From an uncultured Clostridia bacterium (GTDB taxonomy: Bacteria > Bacillota > Clostridia > Christensenellales > Borkfalkiaceae): a stretch of 64,000 nt of DNA. The translations under genes were made by a program, and so were the position numbers. Under the pieces are notes generated by a model. It worked only from the letters and a program-made list of their open reading frames with translations, had not been told where the DNA came from and ran no database searches. Positions 50,183 through 58,210 of this stretch are shown here, in pieces; positions within the stretch are counted from its first letter, which is position 1; each line of letters opens with the position of its first letter. The stretch is taken from positions 19,648 to 83,647 of the forward strand of contig CALVHL010000025.1 of assembly GCA_944327625.1 (NCBI GenBank). The letters run 5' to 3'.

Positions 50183-50465
50183 GAAAGACTTTCGGCAATA
50201 ACATTTTCTGTTTTTTACCAACATATAGTAACACACTTTTCGTCATTTTACCATTGTAATTTCAATAAGTGCCGCATTGCATTTTTATGCGTAATTTGCG
50301 CGGCATTTCGCGCATATTTTTAAATTTTGCGGCAATTTAAGCTTATTTTTGCGACTTATCGCATATTACAGGCATTTACGACAAATTCACCCCGACAAAA
50401 ACCGCAATGACGGGGCGCTTTTCGGGCATAAAAGCGATCAGTATTTTTTTGAGAGGCTGTCTGCA

Positions 50466-51131
50466 ATGCAGAACAAATTTACCGTAATAGACACGGCGAC
50501 GTGGAAGCGCCGCTCAGTATACCGCAAATTCATCGGCTATACCAACCCCGTCTTTTCGCTGAGCACGCGGCTGGACGTAACGCCGCTTTTTATGCGCTGC
50601 GCAACCCGAGGCACTTCTTTCTTCACAGATTTTCTGTATATAGTGACGACCTGCCTGAACGACGTAGAGGAATTCAGGCTGCGCATAGCGGACGACAAGG
50701 TAGTGCTGTTCGACAGGGTTGAACCGAGCTTCGTCGTCATGGCGGACGACGGCTTCATAGTCACTGCGCGGACGCGCGGGGAGAGCGGCTACGCCCCCTT
50801 CTACGCGGCGACGCGGGCGGCGATAGAGCGCGCGCGGCAGTCGTCGGGCGCCGCAGATTTCGGCGATGATTCGGCAGACTGTTTCTACGTATCCTGCCTG
50901 CCGTGGGCGGACATACGCTCGATAATCAACCCGTACGACCTCAAAGACGTCTGCGCCACCAGCATACCGCGCATAACGTGGGGCGCCTATGCCGACAACA
51001 ACGGCAGAAAGGAAATGACGCTGGACATCTCCGCGCACCACGCTTTAATCGACGGCGAACCGCTGTGTAGGACGTTCAGGGCAATACAGTCGGCAATTTT
51101 CGGCGGCGACGAATGGTTTGCCGCAAAATAA
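50466..51131 (+). CDS. chloramphenicol acetyltransferase (CAT, type A)-like acyltransferase
   Basis: CAT-like N-terminus (IDTATWKRRSVYRKF...) and the catalytic-His motif SAHHALIDGEP. I chose the ATG at 50466. Confidence 0.75.
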   Translation: MQNKFTVIDTATWKRRSVYRKFIGYTNPVFSLSTRLDVTPLFMRCATRGTSFFTDFLYIVTTCLNDVEEFRLRIADDKVVLFDRVEPSFVVMADDGFIVTARTRGESGYAPFYAATRAAIERARQSSGAADFGDDSADCFYVSCLPWADIRSIINPYDLKDVCATSIPRITWGAYADNNGRKEMTLDISAHHALIDGEPLCRTFRAIQSAIFGGDEWFAAK

Positions 51132-51159
51132 AAGGCGAAAAATACGGATAAGGTACACT

Positions 51160-52503
51160 ATGAAGGATAAAATATTTATAATCTGGAGCGGAACGAACGA
51201 AATAGCCCTCAAGGTCAAGCACATTCTCGAAACCAAGAACTATAAGTGCACCATAGGCGGCAACGCCGACAACAGCTCTACCTTCGCCTCGGTCGGCGAT
51301 ACGGTCATTCAGCAGATAAAGAGCTGCAATCAGGCGATAATAATATTCCAGAACAGGGCGGACGGAATGGTGAGCAATAATCTGTTCTTTGAACTGGGGT
51401 ACGTGCTCGCCTCCTACGGTCAGCCCAAAATTCACTGCGTCAAACGCGCGGACGAGGCGGTCGTGCTCCCCTCCGACTTCGATAATTCCTTCGTGGAAAA
51501 CATACCCTGCTCCGACGACGAACAGTTCGTCAACGGCATTATCGACTATTTCTTCGCAAGGCAGAAGATGTCGATAAATACCAACAAGATGCTGCTCATA
51601 AATAACCGCTATAAGATGCACGACTATATACAGCGCCACTTTTCCGAACTCGGGAGCAAGTGCTCCGACTATGAGCTGGCGCAATACATACTGTTCTATA
51701 TGCAGGCGGGGCACATGTTTGGCGACGAGCGCAAGGTTCAGCGCGAACTTACCAAATTCCGCGACGACAACCACGCTTACTTTTCGGACGAGCTGTCGAC
51801 GGCGGTGGATATTGCGCTGTCGTTCTTCGACATGGTGCTCAACATTAAAACGGCGGACAACGGCGAATTCTATATCGACAGGGCGACTTACAGAAAGTGC
51901 AGGGATACTATGCTCAAATGCCGCGAAGATCTGACCTCGGACGACACGGGCTCTTTCCGCGAATGGGCAAACGCCATACTCTCCGACCATATCTCCTATT
52001 CCAACAGTCTGTATATGTTCTCGCCCGAACTTGACGAAGAAAGAATGAAGAAGATTGCGCAGAGGTGCATCGAATGGAGCACGACGGCGATTGCCGACCT
52101 CGACAATCTGCAAAACAAGACTCCCGTAAGGGACAACAACGACCACAAGGGACTTATTTCGCTGATGTACTCCTACGCATACCGCAATCTGTTCATAAGC
52201 TGCAGAATAACGGGCGACGGCGAGGGCGAACTCAAATGGCTTGAAAAGACCTTAAAGGAGCGCACTTCGCTGAAAAACACCTTCACCGCGGGGAGCATAG
52301 ATTCGCAACTGTACGACAACTTCGCAATGGAGTACTTCCTCTCCCTCGCCGAATATCTCCACTACGCCGACAGGCTGGGATTGGACGAGGACGACATAGA
52401 CTATTACCGCGACGAAATAAAGAAATACATAGACGAATGTAACAAGCGCTCGGACCAGCGGAAGTATTTGGAGCGGATAGAGATGTTCTACCGCAAGGGC
52501 TGA
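51160..52503 (+). CDS. TIR-like (CAP12/PycTIR-type, PF10137-like) domain protein with an uncharacterised alpha-helical C-terminal domain of about 320 aa
   Basis: The N-terminal ~125 aa read KIFIIWSG...AIIIFQNRADGMVSNNLFFELGYVLASYGQPKIHCVKRADEAVVLPSDF. This matches the family pattern vFIvHG...aivLlTpDD...NVifElGyf...lPSDl. I chose the ATG at 51160 (weak RBS); the alternative at 51118 overlaps the CAT gene end. Confidence 0.7.
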   Translation: MKDKIFIIWSGTNEIALKVKHILETKNYKCTIGGNADNSSTFASVGDTVIQQIKSCNQAIIIFQNRADGMVSNNLFFELGYVLASYGQPKIHCVKRADEAVVLPSDFDNSFVENIPCSDDEQFVNGIIDYFFARQKMSINTNKMLLINNRYKMHDYIQRHFSELGSKCSDYELAQYILFYMQAGHMFGDERKVQRELTKFRDDNHAYFSDELSTAVDIALSFFDMVLNIKTADNGEFYIDRATYRKCRDTMLKCREDLTSDDTGSFREWANAILSDHISYSNSLYMFSPELDEERMKKIAQRCIEWSTTAIADLDNLQNKTPVRDNNDHKGLISLMYSYAYRNLFISCRITGDGEGELKWLEKTLKERTSLKNTFTAGSIDSQLYDNFAMEYFLSLAEYLHYADRLGLDEDDIDYYRDEIKKYIDECNKRSDQRKYLERIEMFYRKG

Positions 52504-52555
52504 CGCAGGCAGGCGCGAAAGACACAGTAAAATTTAACTTTCAAGCAAGAGAGAG

Positions 52556-52595
52556 ATAACCCCGCCGCGCAGAAAACTCTGGACGGCGGGGTTAT
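52556..52595. terminator. hairpin between the convergent TIR-like and LOR genes
   Basis: The stem-loop is ataaccccgccg-N16-cggcggggttat. The T-run is weak. Confidence 0.5.
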
Positions 52596-52712
52596 TTGCG
52601 CTTAATTTATCCATTACACAGCTACTATACTTTATCAACGCCGTTCAATGCGCCTCTAAAATAATGCAACCCGCTGAATTTCTCCCGCACTATGCGGCGA
52701 TTACCGCGTCTT

Positions 52713-53201
52713 TCAGGAGCGATTCTTGTCGTTGATATTGTCTATGGCGATGACCAGCGCGACGAGCAGCGGCGCGTCCTCGTCGTTGTAGCTGACGAGC
52801 GTGAAGCTGTCGACGAGCGAGACGAACTTCTTGCCCACCTCGCCTATCTTTTCGCCGTTCTTGAATATTTCGAGGCAATGCTGAATGAAGTCGCCCTTGA
52901 TCTCGATTTCGTCGGCATAGCCGAGGAGAATAAACTCCTTCTTGAATATCTTGAACTTCTGCTTTATGCGCGCGACCTTGTTGCCGTCCGCGTCGTATAT
53001 GTAACAGCTGTTGGTGAGAAACCTGATGAGCTTATTCTTTATCGTATACAGCAGGTTACCGTCGAGGTCGTAGACCTGCTTTTTTCTGCGCAGCGAAAAG
53101 ACCGCGCCCTTGACGATAAACTTATCCGCCCCGTTTTCGTCCTGAACGGTCGACTTGCCCGTTATGGAAAACATCTTATTTTTAATGACAAGAGTAATCA
53201 T
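52713..53201 (-). CDS. LURP-one-related (LOR)/tubby C-terminal-like family protein (YxjI-like)
   Basis: 162 aa: MFSITGKSTVQDENGADKFIVKGAVFSLRRKKQVYDLDGNLLYTIKNK...YIYDADGNKVARIKQK. This is the typical YxjI/DUF567 pattern. RBS AAAGGAGAGG. Confidence 0.75.
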   Translation of the reverse strand: MITLVIKNKMFSITGKSTVQDENGADKFIVKGAVFSLRRKKQVYDLDGNLLYTIKNKLIRFLTNSCYIYDADGNKVARIKQKFKIFKKEFILLGYADEIEIKGDFIQHCLEIFKNGEKIGEVGKKFVSLVDSFTLVSYNDEDAPLLVALVIAIDNINDKNRS

Positions 53202-53213
53202 ATTCCCTCTCCT

Positions 53214-53717
53214 TTAAAAGAAGTTTGCAATTATTGCTATCGCGCAGCCTATTATGCACAGCCACGCAACGAAGCGCAGCCAGTTGACTATCTTGCGGCG
53301 CTTTTTAAGTTTTGCCGTATTGACGTATTCGTTTTCGCGTATTTCCGTCTCGGTCGCACAGCTCAGTCCGAGCGCGGGCGAGCCCTCCCCCTTCTCGCGG
53401 AGGACGGTCGCGACGATAGTATCGTCGCCGCGGGGGTGAAGCACCACTTCAAACGCTATCTCCCTCAGATATTTGCCCCTGCCCCAGTCGAATATGCCGA
53501 ATACGCTTACGACGAAGAAGACAAATTCCCACAGCAGCCAGAGCGGGCTTGATATTATTTCCCAGGTATAAATTTTTAAAACCGAGCCCTCGGTCGCCTC
53601 GAAATTGCCCTCGAGGTTGCCGAAGCTGTTTTTTCTGAGCTTTACTTTCTGATCGTCTATCGTGGCGAGCGGCGATACGCCCGCCGCGCCCTTAATACTC
53701 AATTTTATTCTGCTCAT
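53214..53717 (-). CDS. hypothetical 2-TM membrane protein
   Basis: 167 aa. ATGA overlap with the upstream gene. No recognisable motif. Confidence 0.55.
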   Translation of the reverse strand: MSRIKLSIKGAAGVSPLATIDDQKVKLRKNSFGNLEGNFEATEGSVLKIYTWEIISSPLWLLWEFVFFVVSVFGIFDWGRGKYLREIAFEVVLHPRGDDTIVATVLREKGEGSPALGLSCATETEIRENEYVNTAKLKKRRKIVNWLRFVAWLCIIGCAIAIIANFF

Positions 53718-54142
53718 TGTACCACCAACCTTGAAAATATGACGATCGCAACGGTGAGTACGGCGAACACGACGGACAATACTATCTTTGCGACGTGCTT
53801 TTTCGGCCGCACTTCAAGGGAGAGCAACAGCACCGCCAGAACGGCCGCCGCAACGCCTATGCCCGCGAAATAGGGCATGGCGACGAGCGCCGTCTCGGTA
53901 AAACTGCCCATGAATTCAGTCGAATTGGTAAAGAACCCGCCGAAATCGTCAACCATGACGAAAATTGTGCCGATCGTTATGAGTACGATAAATATCAGCA
54001 CGAGCAGGTACAGCGCAAACAGGAAGGGCGTGAACGCCGTAAAGAGCGTCAGAATTGTGCATACGAGGCTTATGCCGAAAAAGATATTGCCCAGCCTGAC
54101 CACACCTATCCTCAGTCTATCACCCGAAGTCAATTTTTTCAC
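53714..54142 (-). CDS. hypothetical 4-TM membrane protein
   Basis: The track start at 54142 is a GTG that abuts GGAGG. A TTG at 54131-54133 has better spacing, so the start is uncertain. Confidence 0.5.
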   Translation of the reverse strand: MKKLTSGDRLRIGVVRLGNIFFGISLVCTILTLFTAFTPFLFALYLLVLIFIVLITIGTIFVMVDDFGGFFTNSTEFMGSFTETALVAMPYFAGIGVAAAVLAVLLLSLEVRPKKHVAKIVLSVVFAVLTVAIVIFSRLVVQ

Positions 54143-54231
54143 CTCCTGCCGCCAACGGCTTTTTGTGCCTCTATAATACCATAGCCCGCCCCGCCTGTCA
54201 ATATGCCAAATTTCGATTAAACAGGCATTTT

Positions 54232-54273
54232 AATACAAAAAATACAGAGAGCGGCGCATTTTGCGCCGCTCTC
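54232..54273 (-). terminator. rho-independent terminator of asnS
   Basis: The minus strand reads gagagcggcgca-aaa-tgcgccgctctc followed by tgtatttttt. Confidence 0.8.
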
Positions 54274-54279
54274 ACTAGT

Positions 54280-54351
54280 ATTTATAATTTAATTATCTCA
54301 AATATTTATAATTTAATTATCTCAAATATTCATATTTTAATTATCTCAGTT
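54280..54351. repeat. three tandem 24-bp direct repeats; the last overlaps the asnS stop codon
   Basis: ATTTATAATTTAATTATCTCAAAT occurs at 54280-54303 and 54304-54327. A degenerate copy, ATTCATATTTTAATTATCTCAGTT, is at 54328-54351. Confidence 0.9.
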
Positions 54352-55720
54352 CGCCCTTGGCGCGAGGGAATACCTGCGTGTCGCGGATATTGCCCATGCC
54401 CGTTACGTACATGAGTATTCTTTCCAGCCCCAGCCCGAAACCGCTGTGGGGAACGGAGCCGAACTTGCGGAGGTCCATATAGTTTTCATAGTCGCTCATC
54501 TTCATTCCGCGGTCGGTTATGGCTTTGAGGAGCTTGTCATAGTCGGCCTCGCGCTCGCTGCAGCCGATTATCTCGCCCACGCCGGGAACAAGAAGGTCGG
54601 TAGCCGCAACCGTCTTGCCGTCGGGGTTCTGCTTCATATAGAAGGACTTGATCTCCTTGGGATAGTTTACGACGAATACGGGGCGGTTGTAGACGACGTC
54701 GGTGAGGTATCTCTCGTGCTCGGTCTGCAAATCCAGCCCCCATTCGACGGGATAGACGAACTCCTTTCCGCTCTTTTTGAGTATTTCAATCGCCTCGGTA
54801 TAGTCCACCCTCGCGAACTCGTCGTCGACGACCTTCTGGAGCTTTGCCCTCAGCCCGGGCTCGTAGAACCTTTCGAGGAGCGCGAGCTCGTCGGAACACT
54901 CGTCGATGACCGCCTTTATTATATATTTGATGAACTCGGTGGCGATTTCGATGATGTCGTCGATTTCGGCGAACGCAACTTCGGGCTCAATCTGCCAGAA
55001 TTCCGCCGCGTGGCGGGTGGTATTGGAGTTCTCGGCGCGGAAAGTCGGACCGAAAGTGTAGATTTTGCCGAACGCCATTGCCATCACTTCGCCCTCGAGC
55101 TGACCGGAGACGGTAAGCCCCGCGCTCTGACCGAAGAAGTCGGCGGCGTTATACTCCTCCAAGCTCTTGTACTCGGGCGCATAGCCGAGCGTAGTCACCT
55201 GGAATATCTTGCCCGCGCCCTCACAGTCGCTGCCCGTTATTATGGGCGTGTGAGCGTAGATATAGTTCCTCTCCTGAAAATAGCGGTGAATTGCCGCCGA
55301 AATTCTGCTCCTTATTCTGAAAATGGCGTTGAACGTGTTGGTGCGCACGCGCAGATGAGGGAGCGTGCGGAGATAGTCGAGCGAAGTCTTGGCTTTCTGA
55401 ATGGGATAGTCGAGCGGGCAGTCGCCGAGGAGCGTGACCTCTGCGGCGTTGACCTCTACCGCCTGATTTTTATTGAACGACTTTACGGCCTCGCCGCAGA
55501 TTTTAACCGACGAGCCGACGCGCGTCGCACCCTCGGGCAGAGCGACGTTGGCCTTATCGATGACTATCTGCAAGTGGCTGAGCGTCGTACCGTCGTTGAG
55601 CGCGATGAAAGCCATATTCTTGCTGTCGCGGAAAGAGCGTATCCAGCCGCAGACCGTGACGTTCCTGCCGAAGAATTCTTCGGGCGCGGACATTATGTCC
55701 TTGATGTCGGTATGTTTCAT
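54341..55720 (-). CDS. asnS: asparagine--tRNA ligase
   Basis: Class IIb aaRS of 459 aa with N-terminal OB fold (VCGWIRSFRDSKNMAFIALNDGT) and ending ...VFPRAKGELR. The ATG at 55718-55720 follows AAGGAG; the track's extension to 55894 is rejected. Confidence 0.9.
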   Translation of the reverse strand: MKHTDIKDIMSAPEEFFGRNVTVCGWIRSFRDSKNMAFIALNDGTTLSHLQIVIDKANVALPEGATRVGSSVKICGEAVKSFNKNQAVEVNAAEVTLLGDCPLDYPIQKAKTSLDYLRTLPHLRVRTNTFNAIFRIRSRISAAIHRYFQERNYIYAHTPIITGSDCEGAGKIFQVTTLGYAPEYKSLEEYNAADFFGQSAGLTVSGQLEGEVMAMAFGKIYTFGPTFRAENSNTTRHAAEFWQIEPEVAFAEIDDIIEIATEFIKYIIKAVIDECSDELALLERFYEPGLRAKLQKVVDDEFARVDYTEAIEILKKSGKEFVYPVEWGLDLQTEHERYLTDVVYNRPVFVVNYPKEIKSFYMKQNPDGKTVAATDLLVPGVGEIIGCSEREADYDKLLKAITDRGMKMSDYENYMDLRKFGSVPHSGFGLGLERILMYVTGMGNIRDTQVFPRAKGELR

Positions 55721-55860
55721 TATAGAGTTATCTCCTTGATTTTTTACCTTATTATTTCCGCCGCTCAACGCGGCTTTATTATTCTCTTTTCCCCGATTGA
55801 ACGGCACATATCCCCGCCCCAATCGGTTTTTTACAACCCTGCTTCCCAAATAATTATGTT

Positions 55861-56155
55861 GCGCAAGCAAAATCGCCATTTTGCGCCAGCGCACCGCATT
55901 TGTGGCTTCGCCACCTCGGTAGGTGAAGGCGGCGCAATTATTATATTTGAGAGCACTTTAAGATTGCGCCGCCGAGGACGAGGGCGGACTTCTCAAAATG
56001 TGCCTCGGCTTGGCACATTTTGCCGACCGAGATAAGTCCGACACATCAGGTCGTGGCGGACGATGACCGAGCAAGGCGTTGCCATTACGCCTTGCGAGAA
56101 AGCGCCCTCAACCTCGTCAAATTTGTTTTCGTCACCAGAAAACAAATTTACGAAA
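55861..56155 (-). repeat. sixth copy of the multi-hairpin element, on the opposite DNA strand to the str copies, with an expanded second hairpin
   Basis: The minus strand starts GTTTCGTAAATTTGTTTTCTGGTGACGAAAACAAATTTGACGAGG. It ends ...GGCGGCGCAA-N-TTGCGCCGCCTTCACCTACCGAGGTGGCGAAGCCACAAATGCGGTGCGCTGGCGCAAAATGGCGATTTTGCTTGCGC. Confidence 0.85.
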
Positions 56156-56163
56156 CCCAAGGC

Positions 56164-57753
56164 TTATATTCCACTCGCCCCATAGTTTTTGAGCACCCTC
56201 GCCGAGGGATCGTTGACGTTACAGTTCTCCCAATTCTTGTTGGGCATCCAGAAATCGGCGATGAGGTGTCCCTGACCGGGATAGTACTTCTCGAATATCT
56301 CGCGGTACAAAAGCGATTCCTTGGTGAAAGGCCGCGCGTGGTCGTACTTTGCGGAGAGCTTTTCAAACTGTTCGTCGGTGTAATAGCTTTCGGCATACTC
56401 TTTGAGATAGTCGACCATTGAATGTCCGACCGCGTCGGAGAACGCCGCTTTCTGACGATAGAGTATGTCGTGCGGCAGATAATCGCCCTCGAACGCCTTT
56501 CTAAGAAGGTATTTGCCCATATTGTAGGTGTTGAGCTTCTTTTCGGGATCGATTGCCATTACGTACCTGACGAACGCGAGATCGCCGAAGGGTACGCGCG
56601 CTTCGAGCGAGTTCTCGCTTATGCACCTGTCGGCGCGGAGCACGTCGTACATATACAGTTCGCGTATGCGCTTCTGGCTCTCCTTCTGAAATTCCTCCGC
56701 GTTGGGCGCGAAGTCGGTATATTTATAGCCGAAAAGTTCGTCGGATATTTCGCCCGTCAGAAGCACCCTTATATCCGTCTGCTCGTGAATGGCCTTGCAG
56801 ATGAGATACATTCCCATCGAGGCGCGGACGGTCGTAATGTCGAAAGTTTCAAGCACCTCTATTACCTTTTCGAGACTTTCAAGCACGAGGTCCTTGTTGA
56901 TATATATTTCGGTGTGTTCGCTGCCGATATAGTCGGCGACCTGCCTTGCATATTTGAGGTCGATTGCGTCCTCGTTCATGCCGACGGCGAAAGTGCGTAT
57001 TTTCTTGCCCTGCTTTTTATAGTGCTTTGCGGCGATAGAGCAGACGAGCGAGCTGTCAAGTCCGCCCGAGAGCAGAAAGCCCACGGGAGAGTCCGACTCT
57101 AACCGCTTCAAAACGCCCTCGGTGAGGAGCGAATTGATATTCTTATATATCTCCTCGTGGCTGTCGGTGAGGTACTTGTCGACCTTGGCTATGTCGGAAT
57201 AGCAGACGAACTTGCCGTCCTTATAATAGTGTCCCGGCGGGAAGGGGAAAACCTTGTCGGCAAGGGGCATGAGAACCTTTGCCTCCGATGCGAACATTAT
57301 GTTGCCGCTCTTGGAATAGGCATAAAAGAGCGGGCGGATGCCGATGGGATCGCGCGCGGCGACGAACTTGCCCGACGGGCGGTCGTAGATTATTATTGCA
57401 AACTCGGCGTCGAGCATGGCGAACATATCCACGCCGTATTCCTCGTACAGCGGGAGCAGCACTTCACAGTCAGAGTTGGAGCGGAATTCATACCCCTGCT
57501 CTATGAGCTGACGGCGGATATTGCGGAAGCCGAACACTTCGCCGTTGCACACCACCTGATTGCCTTTGAGCGAGAAGGGCTGCATGCCCAGCGAAGAAAG
57601 TCCCATAATGGCAAGGCGGTTGAAGCCTATATATCCCCCCGCGAGCGTCTGAATACAGCGTGCGTCGGGGCCGCGCATATAGCTGCGCGAGAATGCCGTG
57701 TCAAGTTCCTGCAGGGATATGTCCCTGCCCTCGTAACCAATGATTGAACACAT
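56164..57753 (-). CDS. asnB: asparagine synthase (glutamine-hydrolysing)
   Basis: N-terminal MCSIIG (Cys2 nucleophile) and PP-loop SGGLDSS. 529 aa. Confidence 0.93.
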   Translation of the reverse strand: MCSIIGYEGRDISLQELDTAFSRSYMRGPDARCIQTLAGGYIGFNRLAIMGLSSLGMQPFSLKGNQVVCNGEVFGFRNIRRQLIEQGYEFRSNSDCEVLLPLYEEYGVDMFAMLDAEFAIIIYDRPSGKFVAARDPIGIRPLFYAYSKSGNIMFASEAKVLMPLADKVFPFPPGHYYKDGKFVCYSDIAKVDKYLTDSHEEIYKNINSLLTEGVLKRLESDSPVGFLLSGGLDSSLVCSIAAKHYKKQGKKIRTFAVGMNEDAIDLKYARQVADYIGSEHTEIYINKDLVLESLEKVIEVLETFDITTVRASMGMYLICKAIHEQTDIRVLLTGEISDELFGYKYTDFAPNAEEFQKESQKRIRELYMYDVLRADRCISENSLEARVPFGDLAFVRYVMAIDPEKKLNTYNMGKYLLRKAFEGDYLPHDILYRQKAAFSDAVGHSMVDYLKEYAESYYTDEQFEKLSAKYDHARPFTKESLLYREIFEKYYPGQGHLIADFWMPNKNWENCNVNDPSARVLKNYGASGI

Positions 57754-57767
57754 AGTCTTGTCTCCTC

Positions 57768-58065
57768 AAAACAAAAACCCCCGCTCGTCCCGTATATATT
57801 AGGACGAACAGGGGGTATATGTCCGTGGTGCCACCTAAATTACTGCAAAGCAGTCACTTTGAGAGCGTGTTATCGTACAGCCGGACGGTTACCCTACTGC
57901 CCGCCGCACGAGGTTCGGATAACTCGCTCCCGAGGGTTTTTCGCAGGGGTGCGACTTGCGGAACTTCCACCGCCATCCGCTCGCTGAAAGACGCCTTCCT
58001 CTGTTACTCGCTCGTTCATCGCGATATTTTTATCGGCGGGCCTGCGCTCACCGAAAGGTTATGTA
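57768..58065 (-). promoter_or_regulatory. T-box riboswitch leader of asnB-asnS
   Basis: The minus strand has a Stem I GA motif (GCGATGAACGAGCGAGTA) and distal AGCGAGC...GGTGGAAG. The T-box sequence AATTTAGGTGGCACCACGG is at 57822-57841. A terminator follows: CCCCCTGTTCGTCC-N10-GGGACGAGCGGGGG plus TTTTTGTTTT (57768-57815). A candidate AAC (Asn) specifier is at 57913-57915. Confidence 0.85.
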
Positions 58066-58071
58066 CTTTAT

Positions 58072-58100
58072 AATATAAATGACAGCGCGGGCTTTGTCAA
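58072..58100 (-). promoter_or_regulatory. sigma-A promoter of the asn T-box leader
   Basis: The minus strand reads TTGACA-N17-TATATT. Confidence 0.65.
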
Positions 58101-58210
58101 GCGTTTTTTAAGACTTTTTGCGCCCGCCCGAAGCGGAAAAAGTACGTCTGCCGCGGCGAAACGCCGCTGCATTAAGACGCGCTGTCCGATAAAAACGACA
58201 ACGGCTGTTA

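Noticed and set aside
51076-52146. 356-aa minus-strand ORF opposite the TIR-like gene.
   Set aside because: It has no motifs and no RBS. The + strand ORF has a family-specific motif pattern, so the + strand is the coding one.
55721-55894. 58-codon N-terminal extension of asnS in the ORF track.
   Set aside because: The extension runs into the repeat element. The ATG at 55718-55720 has a perfect AAGGAG RBS and gives a canonical AsnS N-terminus.
55721-56163. A second T-box riboswitch in front of asnS (GGTGGCGAAGCCAC resembles GGTGG..ACC).
   Set aside because: That string is the small conserved hairpin of the repeated element and occurs identically in the fusA-tuf spacer. There is no Stem I GA motif, no T-box 14-mer and no terminator/antiterminator pair.
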